From Akkermansiaceae bacterium (GTDB lineage Bacteria; Verrucomicrobiota; Verrucomicrobiia; Verrucomicrobiales; Akkermansiaceae): a stretch of 64,000 bases of DNA. Location: assembly GCA_025354565.1 (NCBI GenBank), contig JANXMQ010000247.1:5880-69879 (forward strand), in the 5' to 3' direction. Positions 54,711 to 63,000 of this stretch are shown here, piece by piece. Positions within the stretch are counted from its first letter, which is position 1. Every line of letters begins with the position of its first letter. The notes below the pieces were generated by a model. That model had not been told where the DNA came from. It saw only the letters and a program-made list of their open reading frames with translations, and did not search any database. The translations under genes and the position numbers were made by a program.

Positions 54711-55379
54711 ATGACGCGGATCAACGACCGCATCCGCGCCCCGAAAGTCCGTGTCGTCCTCGCCACCGGCGAGCAACTCGGCGTCATGAGTTCCCGCGAG
54801 GCGCTCGCCAAAGCCCAGTCGCTGGGACTCGACCTCGTCGAGATCGCGGGTCAAGTGGACCCACCGGTCTGCAAGATCGTCGATTACGGGAAATACAAGT
54901 ATGAGCAGGCCAAGCTGAAAAAGCAAAAATCGAAAAGCGCCACCCGCATGAAGGAAGTGAAATTCCGCGTCGGCACTGGCCAGCACGACTATAACATCAA
55001 GCTCGGTCGTGCCGAAGGATTCCTCGACACGAATCACAAGTGCCGCTTTGTCTTGCAGTTCCGGGGGCGGGAAAACGCCCACAAGGATCTCGGCTTCGTC
55101 GTGCTCAACCGCATCATTGAAGATCTCAAATCCATGGCTCAAGTCGATCAGGCTCCGCGTCTCAACGGACGTGCCGTCGCCATGATTCTCTCGCCCCTGC
55201 CCGCCCACCAGCGCAAGCGCAAGTTCCACCTCTTCCACGGCGAACTGATGGAGGAAGACGACTTCGAGGAAGAGGAAATCCACGATGAAGACATCCCGGA
55301 CGAGGTGCCAGATGAGGCTCCAGACGCAGCAGCAACTGCGGCTACTGCCGAAGAAAAAGCAGAGACTCCCCAAGCGTGA
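54711..55379 (+). CDS. infC: Translation initiation factor IF-3 with an acidic C-terminal extension
   Basis: The sequence is RINDRIRAPKVRVVLATGEQLGVMSSREALAKAQSLGLDLVEIAGQVDPPVCKIVDYGKYKYE. The true start may be a non-canonical codon upstream of ATG 54711, as is usual for infC. Confidence 0.9.
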   Translation: MTRINDRIRAPKVRVVLATGEQLGVMSSREALAKAQSLGLDLVEIAGQVDPPVCKIVDYGKYKYEQAKLKKQKSKSATRMKEVKFRVGTGQHDYNIKLGRAEGFLDTNHKCRFVLQFRGRENAHKDLGFVVLNRIIEDLKSMAQVDQAPRLNGRAVAMILSPLPAHQRKRKFHLFHGELMEEDDFEEEEIHDEDIPDEVPDEAPDAAATAATAEEKAETPQA

Positions 55380-55390
55380 TTTCCTATCGG

Positions 55391-55459
55391 GCGTGGCGGC
55401 GGTTTCAACCGCCATGCCTTGATCGCACATCGGCTTGGCGGTTGAAAACCACCGCCACG
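55391..55459. repeat. Nested inverted repeat (double hairpin) in the infC-HAD spacer
   Basis: The arms are cgtggcggcggtttcaaccgcc (55391-55412) and ggcggttgaaaaccaccgccacg (55437-55459). Each arm also contains the small palindrome ggcggtt..aaccgcc. Confidence 0.7.
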
Positions 55460-55463
55460 ATCC

Positions 55464-56123
55464 ATGCTCTATCTATTCGACATCGACGGCACGCTGGTTG
55501 ACACCGGCGGTGCTGGGATGGCGGCTTTGATTGAGGCGACCCGGGAAGTCTTCGGCCATGATGGCCCGGCGCTCGACCTCGCAGGCAGCACGGATCTTGG
55601 TATCATCGCGAACATCCATGCCCATTTTGAAATCGAACCGACGCCGGCACGCATCGCCGGTTACTTCGAAGTTTATCAAGCCCGGCTGGACTGGAATCTG
55701 GCAAACGGCAATTTTCCCGGCCGGGTTCATGCAGGCGTGATTGAAATGTTAGAAGAACTTACCACGCGTCCCGACGCCACGCTTGGCTTGCTAACAGGCA
55801 ACACGGCGGGCGGCGCGGCGAGCAAAATGCGCCACTTCGGCCTTGCCACCTATTTTCCCTTCGGTGCCTACGGCTGCGATCATGCCGACCGAAACCGCCT
55901 CGGTCCCATCGCCCTGAAACGTGCCGCCGCCCATACGGGGCGGGCTTTTGGCGCGGAGGAAACCCTGGTCATCGGCGACACGCCAAAAGACATCGCCTGC
56001 GCCCACGCCATCGGCGCTCGCTGCCTCGCGGTCGCCACCGGCCAATTCAGCACCACCGCACTAACCACCCACGGCGCGGATCATGTCGTCGGGACGCTGG
56101 CTGAGGCGCTGGTTTGGATCTAG
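55464..56123 (+). CDS. HAD-superfamily hydrolase (phosphoglycolate-phosphatase-like)
   Basis: It has the motifs MLYLFDIDGTLVDTGG, LLTGN and VIGDTPKDIACAHAIGA. Confidence 0.8.
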   Translation: MLYLFDIDGTLVDTGGAGMAALIEATREVFGHDGPALDLAGSTDLGIIANIHAHFEIEPTPARIAGYFEVYQARLDWNLANGNFPGRVHAGVIEMLEELTTRPDATLGLLTGNTAGGAASKMRHFGLATYFPFGAYGCDHADRNRLGPIALKRAAAHTGRAFGAEETLVIGDTPKDIACAHAIGARCLAVATGQFSTTALTTHGADHVVGTLAEALVWI

Positions 56124-56140
56124 CCCATCCCTGCGTTGGG

Positions 56141-56893
56141 TCACACTAACTGCTCGACGAGCACCGCCTTGGCATAATCCCGGTTCATACGGGCGATGTG
56201 ATCGACGCTGATTTCCTTTGGACAGGCAGCCTCGCATTCATACTGGTTGGTGCAATTTCCAAACCCTTCCGCATCCATCTGCCGAACCATGGCGAGCACG
56301 CGTTTTGAACGCTCTGGCTGGCCTTGCGGCAGATGACCGAGGTGGGAAACCTTGGCTGCGACGAACAACATGGCGGAGGCGTTTTTACAAGACGCCACGC
56401 AGGCCCCGCAACCGATGCAGGCAGCAGCATCGAAGGCGGCATCCGCATCTTTCTTGGGAATCGGGATCGCGTTGGCATCGACGCTGGAGCCGGTGCGGAC
56501 GTCGATGTAGCCACCCGCTGCGACGATGCGGTCGAAGGCACCTCGGTCCACGATCAAGTCGCGGATGACCGGAAAAGGGTTCGCCCGGAACGGCTCGATC
56601 CAGATCGTGTCGCCATCGGAAAATTTCCGCATGTGAACTTGGCAGGTCGTGATCCCCCGCTCCCTGCCGTGCGGGATGCCGTTGATGGTCAGCGAGCAAG
56701 TGCCGCAAATCCCCTCGCGGCAATCATGGTCGAACTGGATCGGCTCGCCGCCGCTGACGATCAAGCCCTCGTTGACGATGTCCAGCATCTCTAGGAACGA
56801 CGCCTCGGCGGGGATGTCCTTCGCAGCGTAAGTTTCGATTTTCCCTTTGGCCTTGGGTCCGGACTGCCGCCATACTTTGAGTGTCAGATTCAT
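56141..56893 (-). CDS. sdhB: Succinate dehydrogenase / fumarate reductase iron-sulfur subunit
   Basis: The three Fe-S cluster motifs are [21 protein letters not shown] and [13 protein letters not shown]. Confidence 0.85.
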   Translation of the reverse strand: MNLTLKVWRQSGPKAKGKIETYAAKDIPAEASFLEMLDIVNEGLIVSGGEPIQFDHDCREGICGTCSLTINGIPHGRERGITTCQVHMRKFSDGDTIWIEPFRANPFPVIRDLIVDRGAFDRIVAAGGYIDVRTGSSVDANAIPIPKKDADAAFDAAACIGCGACVASCKNASAMLFVAAKVSHLGHLPQGQPERSKRVLAMVRQMDAEGFGNCTNQYECEAACPKEISVDHIARMNRDYAKAVLVEQLV

Positions 56894-57144
56894 GGGGATT
56901 GCGCAGCGTTTCTCACGCCGCGGCAGAGTAGATGGGTTTCCGCCACGGGCTAGGAGAAAAATCCGGTTTTATGGACGATTTTTCTGAGTTTCCGACGGCT
57001 AGGATTTTTCCGGGAAAATCGTTTGACCGGAGTCATGGGCAGTGCTTTTTCCGGCGTCGCGATACAACAGGCGGCCCGATTGAGCTTCCCTCTGGGTTTT
57101 AGGGTTTTTTCCCGGGGATCATCAATCGGACAGCTTTCTCATGA

Positions 57145-57330
57145 GAGCCTCAAAATTCGAGCGCATCCGTCGTCGATGCTAGGGAGAAATCCAATCGCTG
57201 TCTGTCCCACGGAAGGGCGATGAGCAGGGCAGCTACATTGGAAATCGCTAACAATCAAAGCACCCTCCATGCAGAAGTCCGGGCATTCTTCGAGGACGCG
57301 GCCAACCTCCCCTACGCCCGCAAAAAAGGC
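57145..57330 (+). pseudogene. Decayed ISAs1-family transposase remnant
   Basis: The frame-1 translation reads ...VVDAREKSNRCLSHGRAMSRAATLEIANNQSTLHAEVRAFFEDA. It retains the EKSNE- and KxNQxTLhxxvxxFF-like blocks of ISAs1 (H-repeat) transposases, but the sequence between them is deleted. No intact DDE domain is present. Confidence 0.4.
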
Positions 57331-57902
57331 GGCACCGTCGCTCACTATCTGGAGGATGAACCTCACAGCGATGAAACGCCGAATGCGGTCGAACTCTCGC
57401 CCGCGCAGGTGGAGGCCTTTGCCATCCGGTTTTGTCCCGCCACGAGAGACGAGGCGATGTGCGCCGAGACCAATCCCGAGACCTCCATGGAAATCGCTCA
57501 CCTTCCCCACGAACTGGGAATCAACATGGTTGATGCTTCTAATTTTGAGGAGGTCAAGAAAGCCATCACGATGGCCCCCCGGTGAAATTTGATGTCGTGC
57601 GCCAAGTCCGGGTGTTCGAGCCCTATCTTCAGTAGGTGGAAATGAAGCTCACCGGTCCCGCCAGCAAGTGGTCGAATACTACCTACCCCTTGCATGTCTT
57701 GGAAAGCGTGTTCCCCAGCACCGACAAGCTGATCCGCGGGATGTCCTTGGAGGTCACCTACAAGGAGGCAACTTTCGAAACTTTGAATCGCCCGGACTTT
57801 CTTGAATCTGTCAAAAAGGCCTATCCAAGAGTCATTTGGAACAAGGCATACCAAGAATTCCGAGCAGCGGGAGAAAAGAAATCCCGTCACGCCTGACCAC
57901 TA

Positions 57903-58778
57903 TCAAGCCAGCTTCAAATCCGGTGCTTCCGGCAGGCGGGCGAAATCCACCACCTTGTCGGTTTCAAACTCGCCGACAAAGACGAAGTCATCGTTGAGTA
58001 GCTCCTTCTGGATCTGAAGGAATGCGTTCCGCCGGAGTCCGGCTTCCTCATTCGGTTCACGGGCGGTGACGAGGCAGCGGTCGGGACGGAAACCTAGCTG
58101 CCTAAGCCGTTTTATCTTCTGAGTCCACTCGTCGCCGTGGTTGAAGATGTCGGTGGAAGTGGGAAGGTCGAAGTTCAACGGACGGAGGGCACGGTCTGCG
58201 CGGCGGTCGCCGGTGAGATGGGCCAGCGTGAAAATGACGTGGTATTCCTCCGGCCCGATTTTCACATCCTTGGCGTACGCCGGGAGTATTTTGGCATCTT
58301 CGAGTACGCGACGCAGGGCTTTTGCCATTTGCTGTTCGGCAGCCTGATGAATTGTAAAGCCGTCTTGGTCGATGAATCGCGCCTTCAGCTTCTCCAGCAC
58401 CGTTTTCATGTCCTCAGCCATTCTCCGGCCCTTCACAGGAAAGCAGAAAACCCCCTCACGCGGGCTGGTGATCGCGGCGAAGAGACCATTCTCTTTTTCA
58501 CGGAAGGGCGGGAAAAGCGGCACTTCCACGCCGAGACCGTTCACCGCTTGGCGAATTCCATCGAATTCCGCTTCAAGCTTGTTTCTCGCCTCGCGATAGA
58601 GCGTCTTTTCGATGGCCGGAAACATCCCGAGCACGCGCCCGGTTTTCTGGGCTTTTTGAAGGATGAAATCAAAGTGCCGTGCGGCAACGTCCAGCGCGAC
58701 CACACCAATAGTCACGAATTCCTCCGTCTCCGCGTAGGGACGGAAGCCAATCGTGGCAAAATCGTAGGTGCGTTTCAT
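57903..58778 (-). CDS. DUF3037-domain protein with a C-terminal extension of about 165 aa
   Basis: The N-terminus MKRTYDFATIGFRPYAETEEFVTIGVVALDVAARHFDFIL matches the DUF3037 N-terminal pattern as I remember it (Y.ysv.rf.P....eEf.NiGvvl). ATG 58778 forms an ATGA overlap with the kinase stop. Confidence 0.6.
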   Translation of the reverse strand: MKRTYDFATIGFRPYAETEEFVTIGVVALDVAARHFDFILQKAQKTGRVLGMFPAIEKTLYREARNKLEAEFDGIRQAVNGLGVEVPLFPPFREKENGLFAAITSPREGVFCFPVKGRRMAEDMKTVLEKLKARFIDQDGFTIHQAAEQQMAKALRRVLEDAKILPAYAKDVKIGPEEYHVIFTLAHLTGDRRADRALRPLNFDLPTSTDIFNHGDEWTQKIKRLRQLGFRPDRCLVTAREPNEEAGLRRNAFLQIQKELLNDDFVFVGEFETDKVVDFARLPEAPDLKLA

Positions 58779-59530
58779 GGTGCGGTTAAAGTGGGAAGGG
58801 ACCAGAAGTCCGGGTCGGTTTGATGGGAAGATAGCACAGCCTTCAAGCCGTCTTTGTCCAGCGTGCAACGTGGATCTCCGTAAGAATCGATCAACCATTC
58901 CTCGGGGAGTTCATTCCAAAGCCGGTCGATCCACGCTTCGCCGGTTGCCAGCCACGCGGTCATTTCCACCCGCTTGTCGGTGTCCCATGCGCTCAAATGC
59001 CCCCGGAGGGCGTGGAACCGCCAGAAATGAGTCGCACCGAAGTCATCGTCGAAAGCATTGTCGTGGTCGAAAACCACCACCCGCCCCGGATCGAGTTCCC
59101 AAAGCAGATTGGGGTTTCCTCCGGTTTCCGTGAGAACGCGGTCGCAATTCCGAATCCACCAGTCGAAAAGCAGAATCAGGGAAAGCACACCGTCGGGATC
59201 TTCCCGGACGAACGCCAACGCCAGTCGCTCCGCCGGTTCCACCCGCCGCGAGCCGAATGCGATGCCATCACCGAGTTCCCGCTCGAACTCCTCGTTTCCC
59301 GCCACCAGATCCTTGGAGATGCGAACCTGCCGAATCTCCGCCGCTTGCAGCCCCATCTCCTGAGCCAGCCTTCCTGCGATCCACTCTTTCACCAGTTGCG
59401 TGTATCCGGCATTCTTGAGTTTCACAAAATAGCGAGCGTCATCGTCGCCGAGGCAACGGAAAGGGCGGCTGATGCCGTTCCCTTCGTCGGTGCGGCCTTC
59501 AATGGCAATGATGTCGATCATGTCTGGCAC
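58775..59530 (-). CDS. HipA-like (PI3/4-kinase-fold) protein kinase, short stand-alone form
   Basis: It has the Lys motif ARYFVKLKN and the catalytic/Mg block LFDWWIRNCDRVLTETGGNPNLLWELDPGRVVVFDHDNAF (N-x-DR ... N-x-N ... DHD). The start is GTG 59530 or ATG 59521. Confidence 0.6.
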   Translation of the reverse strand: MPDMIDIIAIEGRTDEGNGISRPFRCLGDDDARYFVKLKNAGYTQLVKEWIAGRLAQEMGLQAAEIRQVRISKDLVAGNEEFERELGDGIAFGSRRVEPAERLALAFVREDPDGVLSLILLFDWWIRNCDRVLTETGGNPNLLWELDPGRVVVFDHDNAFDDDFGATHFWRFHALRGHLSAWDTDKRVEMTAWLATGEAWIDRLWNELPEEWLIDSYGDPRCTLDKDGLKAVLSSHQTDPDFWSLPTLTAP

Positions 59531-59543
59531 ATTTCAAAAACTG

Positions 59544-60836
59544 CTATCGATTTCCCTTGGACGAATTGCATGACTGACACATTAACGCAGCGTTATCGAG
59601 TCGAGACTTTCCGCCTTTGCTGTGAGGATCGATATGGTCGATGGTGAAGTCGTCCCAAGAAAGTTTTCGGGAGCAATCCTTGCATTTTCTCTCAGCAGAA
59701 GTGCCCCAGATGACCCGCCGCTGTTCCGCAGAAAATCCGCGTTGCGAATCTTTCGTTGCAAAGAGGCTTCCGAGGATCTCCCGCAAGTGACCTTCCCGTT
59801 TGCGGCGTTGGCTCACGTCATCGCTGGCCTGTGATGTCGTCAGGAGGTAATCTCGATAGATTTCCTCATCGGGTTGGCTAGCGTTCATTTTCTTTCGGTT
59901 CTCACGAACTTGGTCCACGTTGACCGCGAACGCTTCAAGAAGATCCCAAGCAAGTTTGTTGCGACGAGGGTTAGTCAGAATCAAGCCCTCCAACTCGAAC
60001 TTGCCGACCAGAACAGCTAACGAATAGAAATCCGCAAGGTTCCGAAGCCTTGTTGTTTTCAGATTTGGGAACATCTTATGCACGCGGTTCAGGCTGGTCG
60101 TCACCTGAGCGGATAGCTTTGTTGTCACGGCAGGCGTGAACGAATTACTCACCATGACGCGGTCGAGCGCTGTCTTCCTGTTGATGACATCCCCTTGATG
60201 CGCCGACAGCATCAACTCGCACATCAGCTCAACGTGTTTCATGCGGCTGACTTGGGTGCTGCTCATGACACCCATGCTGATCAGCAGCTTCTCAAACTTT
60301 TTAGCCATCCTGTTGGCCGCTTTGAGAAAGTTGCTATTGAAGTATTTCGCGTTTTTCTTTTCCTGAGGGGTCAACGCCTTTCCGGTCGAATTGATTCGCA
60401 CAAAGACATCGATAATATCTCCAATATCGCCATCGACTTCGATAACCGAAAGCCGGTAACCGGAAATGAGATGCTGTTGCTGCTTTTTCTTTAATTTCCG
60501 CCAGTCGATCAATTCGACCTGATCACTTCCCGGCATTTGGCCCTTCAACTCGAAGCGTCCTTTCATCTCGCCCGTAAACATCAGAATCGATTCAATCCGT
60601 TGCTTTCCGTCGATCACATCGTAATAGATGTGCCCCTCATGCTCCCGCCGATAGAAGAACACTGCGGGAAGCGGATAATTGCGTAGGATGCTCTCAATGA
60701 GTTTTTGTCGGTCGCCAACTTTCCAAACAGACTGCCTCTGGAAACCAGGATTCAAATTCAGAAACCCGCTCTTATGCAGGTTGATGAGATCCGTTACAGT
60801 TCGGGTTTCGGGGCGGTGTGTCAGTGACGTTTTCAT
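59544..60836 (-). CDS. DUF262 (ParB/GmrSD N-terminal-like) + C-terminal HNH nuclease protein
   Basis: The N-terminal block is FLNLNPGFQRQSVWKVGDRQKLIESILRNYPLPAVFFY...YYDVIDGKQRIESI (DGQQR-type motif). The C-terminal block is CKDCSRKLSWDDFTIDHIDPHSKGGKSRLDNAALMCQSCNSSKGN. The start was set to MKTSL (60836). The upstream 108 codons of ORF 59544..61160 overlap hsdS. Confidence 0.8.
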   Translation of the reverse strand: MKTSLTHRPETRTVTDLINLHKSGFLNLNPGFQRQSVWKVGDRQKLIESILRNYPLPAVFFYRREHEGHIYYDVIDGKQRIESILMFTGEMKGRFELKGQMPGSDQVELIDWRKLKKKQQQHLISGYRLSVIEVDGDIGDIIDVFVRINSTGKALTPQEKKNAKYFNSNFLKAANRMAKKFEKLLISMGVMSSTQVSRMKHVELMCELMLSAHQGDVINRKTALDRVMVSNSFTPAVTTKLSAQVTTSLNRVHKMFPNLKTTRLRNLADFYSLAVLVGKFELEGLILTNPRRNKLAWDLLEAFAVNVDQVRENRKKMNASQPDEEIYRDYLLTTSQASDDVSQRRKREGHLREILGSLFATKDSQRGFSAEQRRVIWGTSAERKCKDCSRKLSWDDFTIDHIDPHSKGGKSRLDNAALMCQSCNSSKGNR

Positions 60837-60843
60837 CTTTGGC

Positions 60844-62250
60844 TTATCGTTTTCCTGCTTTGGATTTGCGGCTACTTCCCCCCCCCTCGGGGACACCTGA
60901 GCGAAGGCGTTCCAACATCGCCGCCGCCGGTTCGTCGTTGGGGTCTTGGGGGACGAGTTCGCCGCGGAAGGCTTTGGTGAGAGTGGCCGGGGTGAGGCGC
61001 TCGACGGTCTTTCGCGCGGTGGCGAGGCGGGCTTCGATCCGGTCGGCGAAGGCGAACAGGTCTTCGACCCGGCGGACGATTTCTTGTTGCTCGGATAGAG
61101 GTGGGAGAAAAACGGGAGATTCGCGAAGCAACCCAAGCGAAGCGAATTTTTGATTTCCACCCCGAAGTCTCGGGTCCAACCATTGGCTAAACAGCGGCCC
61201 TTGTAGCCAGTAAAACATATATTGAGGCAAGACTGTCCCTGGGTTATTCTTAAACAGTCCCACGTTTTTAATGCTGAACTCCCGCCTGGTTTCCACTATG
61301 CATATATGCCCCACGCTACCGATCATGGAGAATAGAACGTCACCAATGTCAACCTTTGATCGTTTTGAAATTTCACGGTGATCATCTTGGGAAATTTGTT
61401 GAGCGCCTTCAAAGTCAATGCCTGCTGGGCGTATGTTCTTTGAAGTAACCAACGGTATTCCAGATTTCACATACTTTGGTGTGTCATGCGTGCCATCTCG
61501 GACTGATGAGCAAACTGCATCAGCACGAGTTACTTTCCATGTAGACGGAAGCGTGAGTGTTGCGTCTTCAAATTCAATTTCGACATTATGCAACTCGTCA
61601 TTCGCCCCATTCGTCATTCTCCATTCCTCCGTTAGGCGGCCACTCGTGGCGGCGGCGAGGACGGATTGGCGGAAGCGTTTGAGGAGGGCGGGGACGCGGT
61701 CGAGGCGGGCGCGGCAGGCGTCCACCCGACCCAGCAGCACCTCCAGCTTGTCCGCGATCCGCTTTTGCTCGGCGAGGGGGGCGAGGATGAAGGGCGCCGC
61801 TCTTCCTGCTTCGGTGCCAAGGCGTGGCATATTCAGACCGTGACTGACGGCTGTGACGTAGTCGAGAAAAGTCGGGTGTTTCAACCAGTAGAAGAGATAA
61901 CGGTTTTCAAGCGTGCCGTTACCTCGAAGCGGGATGATTTCAGTTGTGCAATAGCCGGGTTGGTCAGCGATGAGGATCTTGTTCAGGTAGGGACGGAGCT
62001 TTCCATAGAGGACATCCCCAGTTTCAAAGCGGTTCTTTGTGCTCTTCGATTTTCTTTCCGCAAATGTAACACGAGAAAGCAACTGGGATGTGTCTTTCTC
62101 GATGTCCTCAAGCTCTAGAATCCACGACTTGGCTGAGATTTTGCTGGGTTCGGCTTTCCGGGTCTTTCCGTAATCAACGACATCGCCGAGTGCGCATGAC
62201 TGCCACCCCTCCGGCAATTCGTCATTCGTCATTCGGATCTCGCCATTCAT
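60844..62250 (-). CDS. hsdS: Type I R-M specificity subunit HsdS
   Basis: The N-terminus is ELPEGWQSCALGDVVDYGKT. The central helix is PLAEQKRIADKLEVLLGRVDACRARLDRVPALLKRFRQSVLAAATSG. The distal helix is PPLSEQQEIVRRVEDLFAFADRIEARLATARKTVERLTPATLTKAFRGELV. Both target-recognition domains have low GC. Confidence 0.9.
   Translation of the reverse strand: MNGEIRMTNDELPEGWQSCALGDVVDYGKTRKAEPSKISAKSWILELEDIEKDTSQLLSRVTFAERKSKSTKNRFETGDVLYGKLRPYLNKILIADQPGYCTTEIIPLRGNGTLENRYLFYWLKHPTFLDYVTAVSHGLNMPRLGTEAGRAAPFILAPLAEQKRIADKLEVLLGRVDACRARLDRVPALLKRFRQSVLAAATSGRLTEEWRMTNGANDELHNVEIEFEDATLTLPSTWKVTRADAVCSSVRDGTHDTPKYVKSGIPLVTSKNIRPAGIDFEGAQQISQDDHREISKRSKVDIGDVLFSMIGSVGHICIVETRREFSIKNVGLFKNNPGTVLPQYMFYWLQGPLFSQWLDPRLRGGNQKFASLGLLRESPVFLPPLSEQQEIVRRVEDLFAFADRIEARLATARKTVERLTPATLTKAFRGELVPQDPNDEPAAAMLERLRSGVPEGGGSSRKSKAGKR
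60878..60886. repeat. Homopolymer tract C9 (G9 on the coding strand) 11 codons before the hsdS stop
   Basis: The minus strand reads gtc ccc gag ggg ggg gga agt (VPEGGGS). The tract lies 42 nt upstream of the DUF262/HNH start codon. Confidence 0.95.
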
Positions 62251-62846
62251 TACCTTTTCAGCTTTTGGATCACGGAATCGAGTTCAAAGGACGCCCAGCA
62301 GACTTTGGCGAGTTCGTGGCCGTGGCCGCGCCAGGTGGCGTTGAGGACTTTGAAGTTCTTGGACTGGAGTCGGTCCACGGCTGGGATGAAATCGCGGTCG
62401 CTGCTGAGGAGGAGGGCGATATCGTAGGCACCTTCCCAAGAGAGGCTGAGCATATCCGTGACGATCCGGGAATCGACGGTTTTCTCAGCAGCTCGGCCGA
62501 GGTCGGCCCTACAACTCGGGCAGGTGGCGAAATCCGTTCCGCAGGCGCGGCAGTGGATGGTGTGTTTCTTCCAATGACGTTCGACAGCGAAGACACGGAT
62601 ACCAGGTTGCTTGTCGAGAAAGTTGTGGCGCCAGCCTTTGAGTTTGGCTTCGCGACCGGGCTCGTAGGAGGCATAGACGCGGGTTTCTTCCAGTGACAGG
62701 TTTCCCAAACCGGCGTTGCCAAGCAAGGTTTGAGCCTCCTGTGCGAGAACGAGCGGAAGTCGTGACCAATCGCATTGCGCGCCACCGGAGCGGTCGTTCC
62801 AGTTGAGAGAGAAGTTCCAGAAGTCGATGAAGAGGCGGAGTTTCAT
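62250..62846 (-). CDS. NYN-domain (LabA/PIN-like RNase fold) protein with an inserted Cys4 zinc ribbon
   Basis: The NYN blocks are MKLRLFIDFWNF and VDSRIVTDMLSLSWEGAYDIALLLSSDRDFIPAVDRLQSKNFKV. The zinc-ribbon insert is HCRACGTDFATCPSCRADL. Its TAA stop overlaps the hsdS ATG by 1 nt (TAATG). Confidence 0.75.
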   Translation of the reverse strand: MKLRLFIDFWNFSLNWNDRSGGAQCDWSRLPLVLAQEAQTLLGNAGLGNLSLEETRVYASYEPGREAKLKGWRHNFLDKQPGIRVFAVERHWKKHTIHCRACGTDFATCPSCRADLGRAAEKTVDSRIVTDMLSLSWEGAYDIALLLSSDRDFIPAVDRLQSKNFKVLNATWRGHGHELAKVCWASFELDSVIQKLKR

Positions 62847-62849
62847 GAG

Positions 62850-62885
62850 GGTAAAAAATACGGGGAGCACCTTGCAGTGCTCCCC
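62850..62885 (-). terminator. Terminator-like hairpin between hsdM and the NYN gene
   Basis: The minus strand reads GGGGAGCAC-TGCAAG-GTGCTCCCC (perfect 9-bp stem, 62862-62885), followed by GTATTTTTTACCCTC and then the NYN ATG. Confidence 0.6.
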
Positions 62886-63000
62886 GGGAAGTTCATACGT
62901 GCCGCAAATTGCGACACGGGAATGTCATGGACAAAGAATGCCACGGGAGCCCAGATGGTCAAGGAGGATTTTGGAGGATTGGCCATTCGGATTTCGTCAT

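Noticed and set aside
57636-57896. 86-aa plus-strand ORF convergent on the DUF3037 gene, and the 121-aa ORF 57220..57585
   Set aside because: No family was recognised. Both lie in the decayed stretch next to the transposase remnant and are more likely relics than functional genes.
59544-61160. Full 538-aa version of the DUF262/HNH ORF
   Set aside because: The first 108 codons overlap the 3' end of hsdS in another frame and are Pro/Ser/Arg-rich. The DUF262 domain begins right after the internal MKTSL (60836). The open upstream frame is nevertheless relevant to the G9 slippage hypothesis.
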